From assembly GCA_051942245.1 (NCBI GenBank), contig JAVECL010000020.1:1-64000 (forward strand): a stretch of 64,000 bases of DNA, in the 5' to 3' direction. Source of the stretch: Trypethelium eluteriae (Eukaryota). The translations under genes and the position numbers were made by a program. This document shows positions 62,167-64,000 of the stretch, piece by piece; positions within the stretch are counted from its first letter, which is position 1, and the number at the start of each line of letters is the position of its first letter. The notes under the pieces were generated by a model, which was not told where the DNA came from, ran no database searches, and worked only from the letters and a program-made list of their open reading frames with translations.

Positions 62167-63524
62167 TCAAGATGCATTCTTCATTTCCCGAAGCTTTCCC
62201 ATCACATCTATCGGGTCGTTTTTGCCGACTGCTTTCTGAATGTTTGGATCCTATCGAATGTCAATGTCTATCCGGCCCAGTAATCAAAGTAGCACGAAAC
62301 TTACGGTAACTCTCATGAAAACATTGTGATTCTGCTCGGAACTTTAGCTTCTACCCTTCTATTATCGCTTGCATCTCTGAACCTACTTTCTCATCACCAA
62401 TAGTAAATTTTCCTTGGGTTTCCTTGTTGCTATTCGCGAATTCCTCTAATTTCTTGATGCTGTCATTTTGAAGTACTGTCTTACCGAATTTAACATTGCC
62501 TTTCGTGTACTCATGGCCAGGCTAAAACATATTAGCTTATTGAAAGAGTATGAGAGCCACGATCACATAGCAGGGAAAGCCATACATAGACCTTCGTATC
62601 GTCCGGCAAAGCTGCGAGAGTCTCATTCAAGGCCTTGTGCATCTGCTGAGGATTGCCTTCGAAAAAGCGACCGCATCCTGAGGTTTTCTATCAATAAGCG
62701 ACTTGAATCACATGGGTCTGAGCGCATCTGCCGCACCTCCGATGAAGAGCGTGTCTCCTGTGAAGACAGCCCGGTCATTGCCATCCTCGAAGAAGTAGCA
62801 GATGCTATCTTGAGTATGGCACGGTGTGTGCAGTGCCTTCACCTTTATCTTATCGCCAACGGAAAAAGTCTCCCCATGGTTCGGAGTCTTGGTAACCTTA
62901 TCACAGTCTTTGCCGCCAATGACCGGAAGGCTGTAATGCTTGAGCTTTGGCTATGTTAGAAATCAGCAGTACAATGCACAATCTATACATACTGTTTCTG
63001 AGTTTCCCCCAGCATGATCGTGGTGGCTATTAGGCCGGCGTCAGCGTGAGTCTAGCCTTTTGTCGTAGCAGCCTACTGGTGGGTATTTATGATGCTCCCA
63101 AGCTTAATATTGCCAGAAGCGGTTTGGTCCTTCAGGACTGGTAGGACCCTATCTAGAAATTAGAATTTTATACAGCATTGATGCCTGAAAGAAAGGCCTT
63201 GGCTTACTCACTCAGGAGGATTGGCGGGATCAATTATGACCGCTTCTTTAGACGAATCATCGACAACAAGGTAGGCATAGTTGTTACCACTCCCCTCCCC
63301 TGTCGATGTTATTTGGAATGACTACATAATGGTCAAGTCTAGAAGTAAAGCATAACATACACATTGGAATGGATTGGATATGCATGGCGCGGGTGAACGC
63401 AAGCTGTATTGGTGTCGGTCATTGACAATCCACGAGACCGGGACTTTAGGAAGGTACCCACGCTCGCGACAACTGTATTTAAGGGCTTCCAGGAAGCTGT
63501 TCTAGCTCTCACAAGAAAGCTCAT
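62167..63524 (-). CDS. GLO2: Hydroxyacylglutathione hydrolase (glyoxalase II); cytosolic start 63385, putative mitochondrial start 63524
   Basis: Absent from the ORF track because it has many short exons. Spliced: [78 protein letters not shown]. Confidence 0.93.
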
Positions 63525-64000
63525 GGATGATGTGGAGTAGCAGTTTGTGAGTGAGCAGTCTATTGCCAATCGTTGAACCCGAGAAAATGACGTCGACTGT
63601 CCGCCCGCGCGCCCCTGAACCCTAGATGACTATTCAAAAATGGTGACGAAATTTGGAAGAAAAGCGAAATCTACGCTTCGATTGTGGAGATGGGGGAAAT
63701 AAGCCCAACATAAGCCGCAGGAGTATTGAAAGCCTCGTCTCAGTCTCTGAGGCCTTCGATAATTATTTTAATAGACTGACTAAGTATCTAATCTCATGGA
63801 AGGCTGGATGCCAGTGAAACTACTGCGCATAGTACGAAGTAGAGTAGAAATTAAAATACATTTGATGTCGTGAGGCTCACAATGGAACGTCTGGTATCGT
63901 ACAGAATAAAGATGCAGAGACCATCGCGACGAAGTCTACGTAAATCAAGAATTTAATCGCCCATCACGCTCTCCGCGTGGTCATCCTCAGCGCCATTATC

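Noticed and set aside
62468..62959. 163-aa plus-strand ORF and similar antisense ORFs over acl1, dbp10 and dbp4
   Set aside because: Antisense shadows of well-supported genes on the other strand.
1..64000. tRNA or rRNA genes
   Set aside because: The T-loop-like GTTCGA matches I checked fall in CDS or introns without cloverleaf arms; a tRNAscan-SE run would be decisive.

Overview
Eukaryotic DNA from a filamentous ascomycete (Pezizomycotina): short GT-AG introns with CTRAC-type branch points and about 27 protein-coding genes, which I assembled by hand across the ORF fragments. The left third is accessory-like: NAD kinase, an alpha-glucoside MFS transporter with a RIP-scarred MITE in its promoter, a proline-rich repeat membrane protein, a P450 and a kelch membrane protein. 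The middle holds the divergent ATP-citrate lyase pair acl2/acl1. The right half is a dense housekeeping block (hsp10, TCAB1/Swt21-like WD40, mrp20, DUF202, rpa2, dbp10, Zn2Cys6 TF, DnaJ, dbp4, F-box, two His-rich proteins, glyoxalase II). Best leads outside the ORF track: (1) a candidate minus-strand telomerase RNA gene in the 3.4-kb gap between dbp10 and the Zn2Cys6 TF; (2) an unusually long, multi-helix first intron of acl2 plus matching hairpin/U-tract motifs in both acl 5'UTR introns; (3) a head-to-head pair of genes sharing a His-rich domain; (4) a spliced mitochondrial presequence exon on glyoxalase II; (5) two GC-AG introns. All RNA structures were found by eye and are untested by folding or covariation. 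No tRNA, rRNA or CRISPR array was seen.
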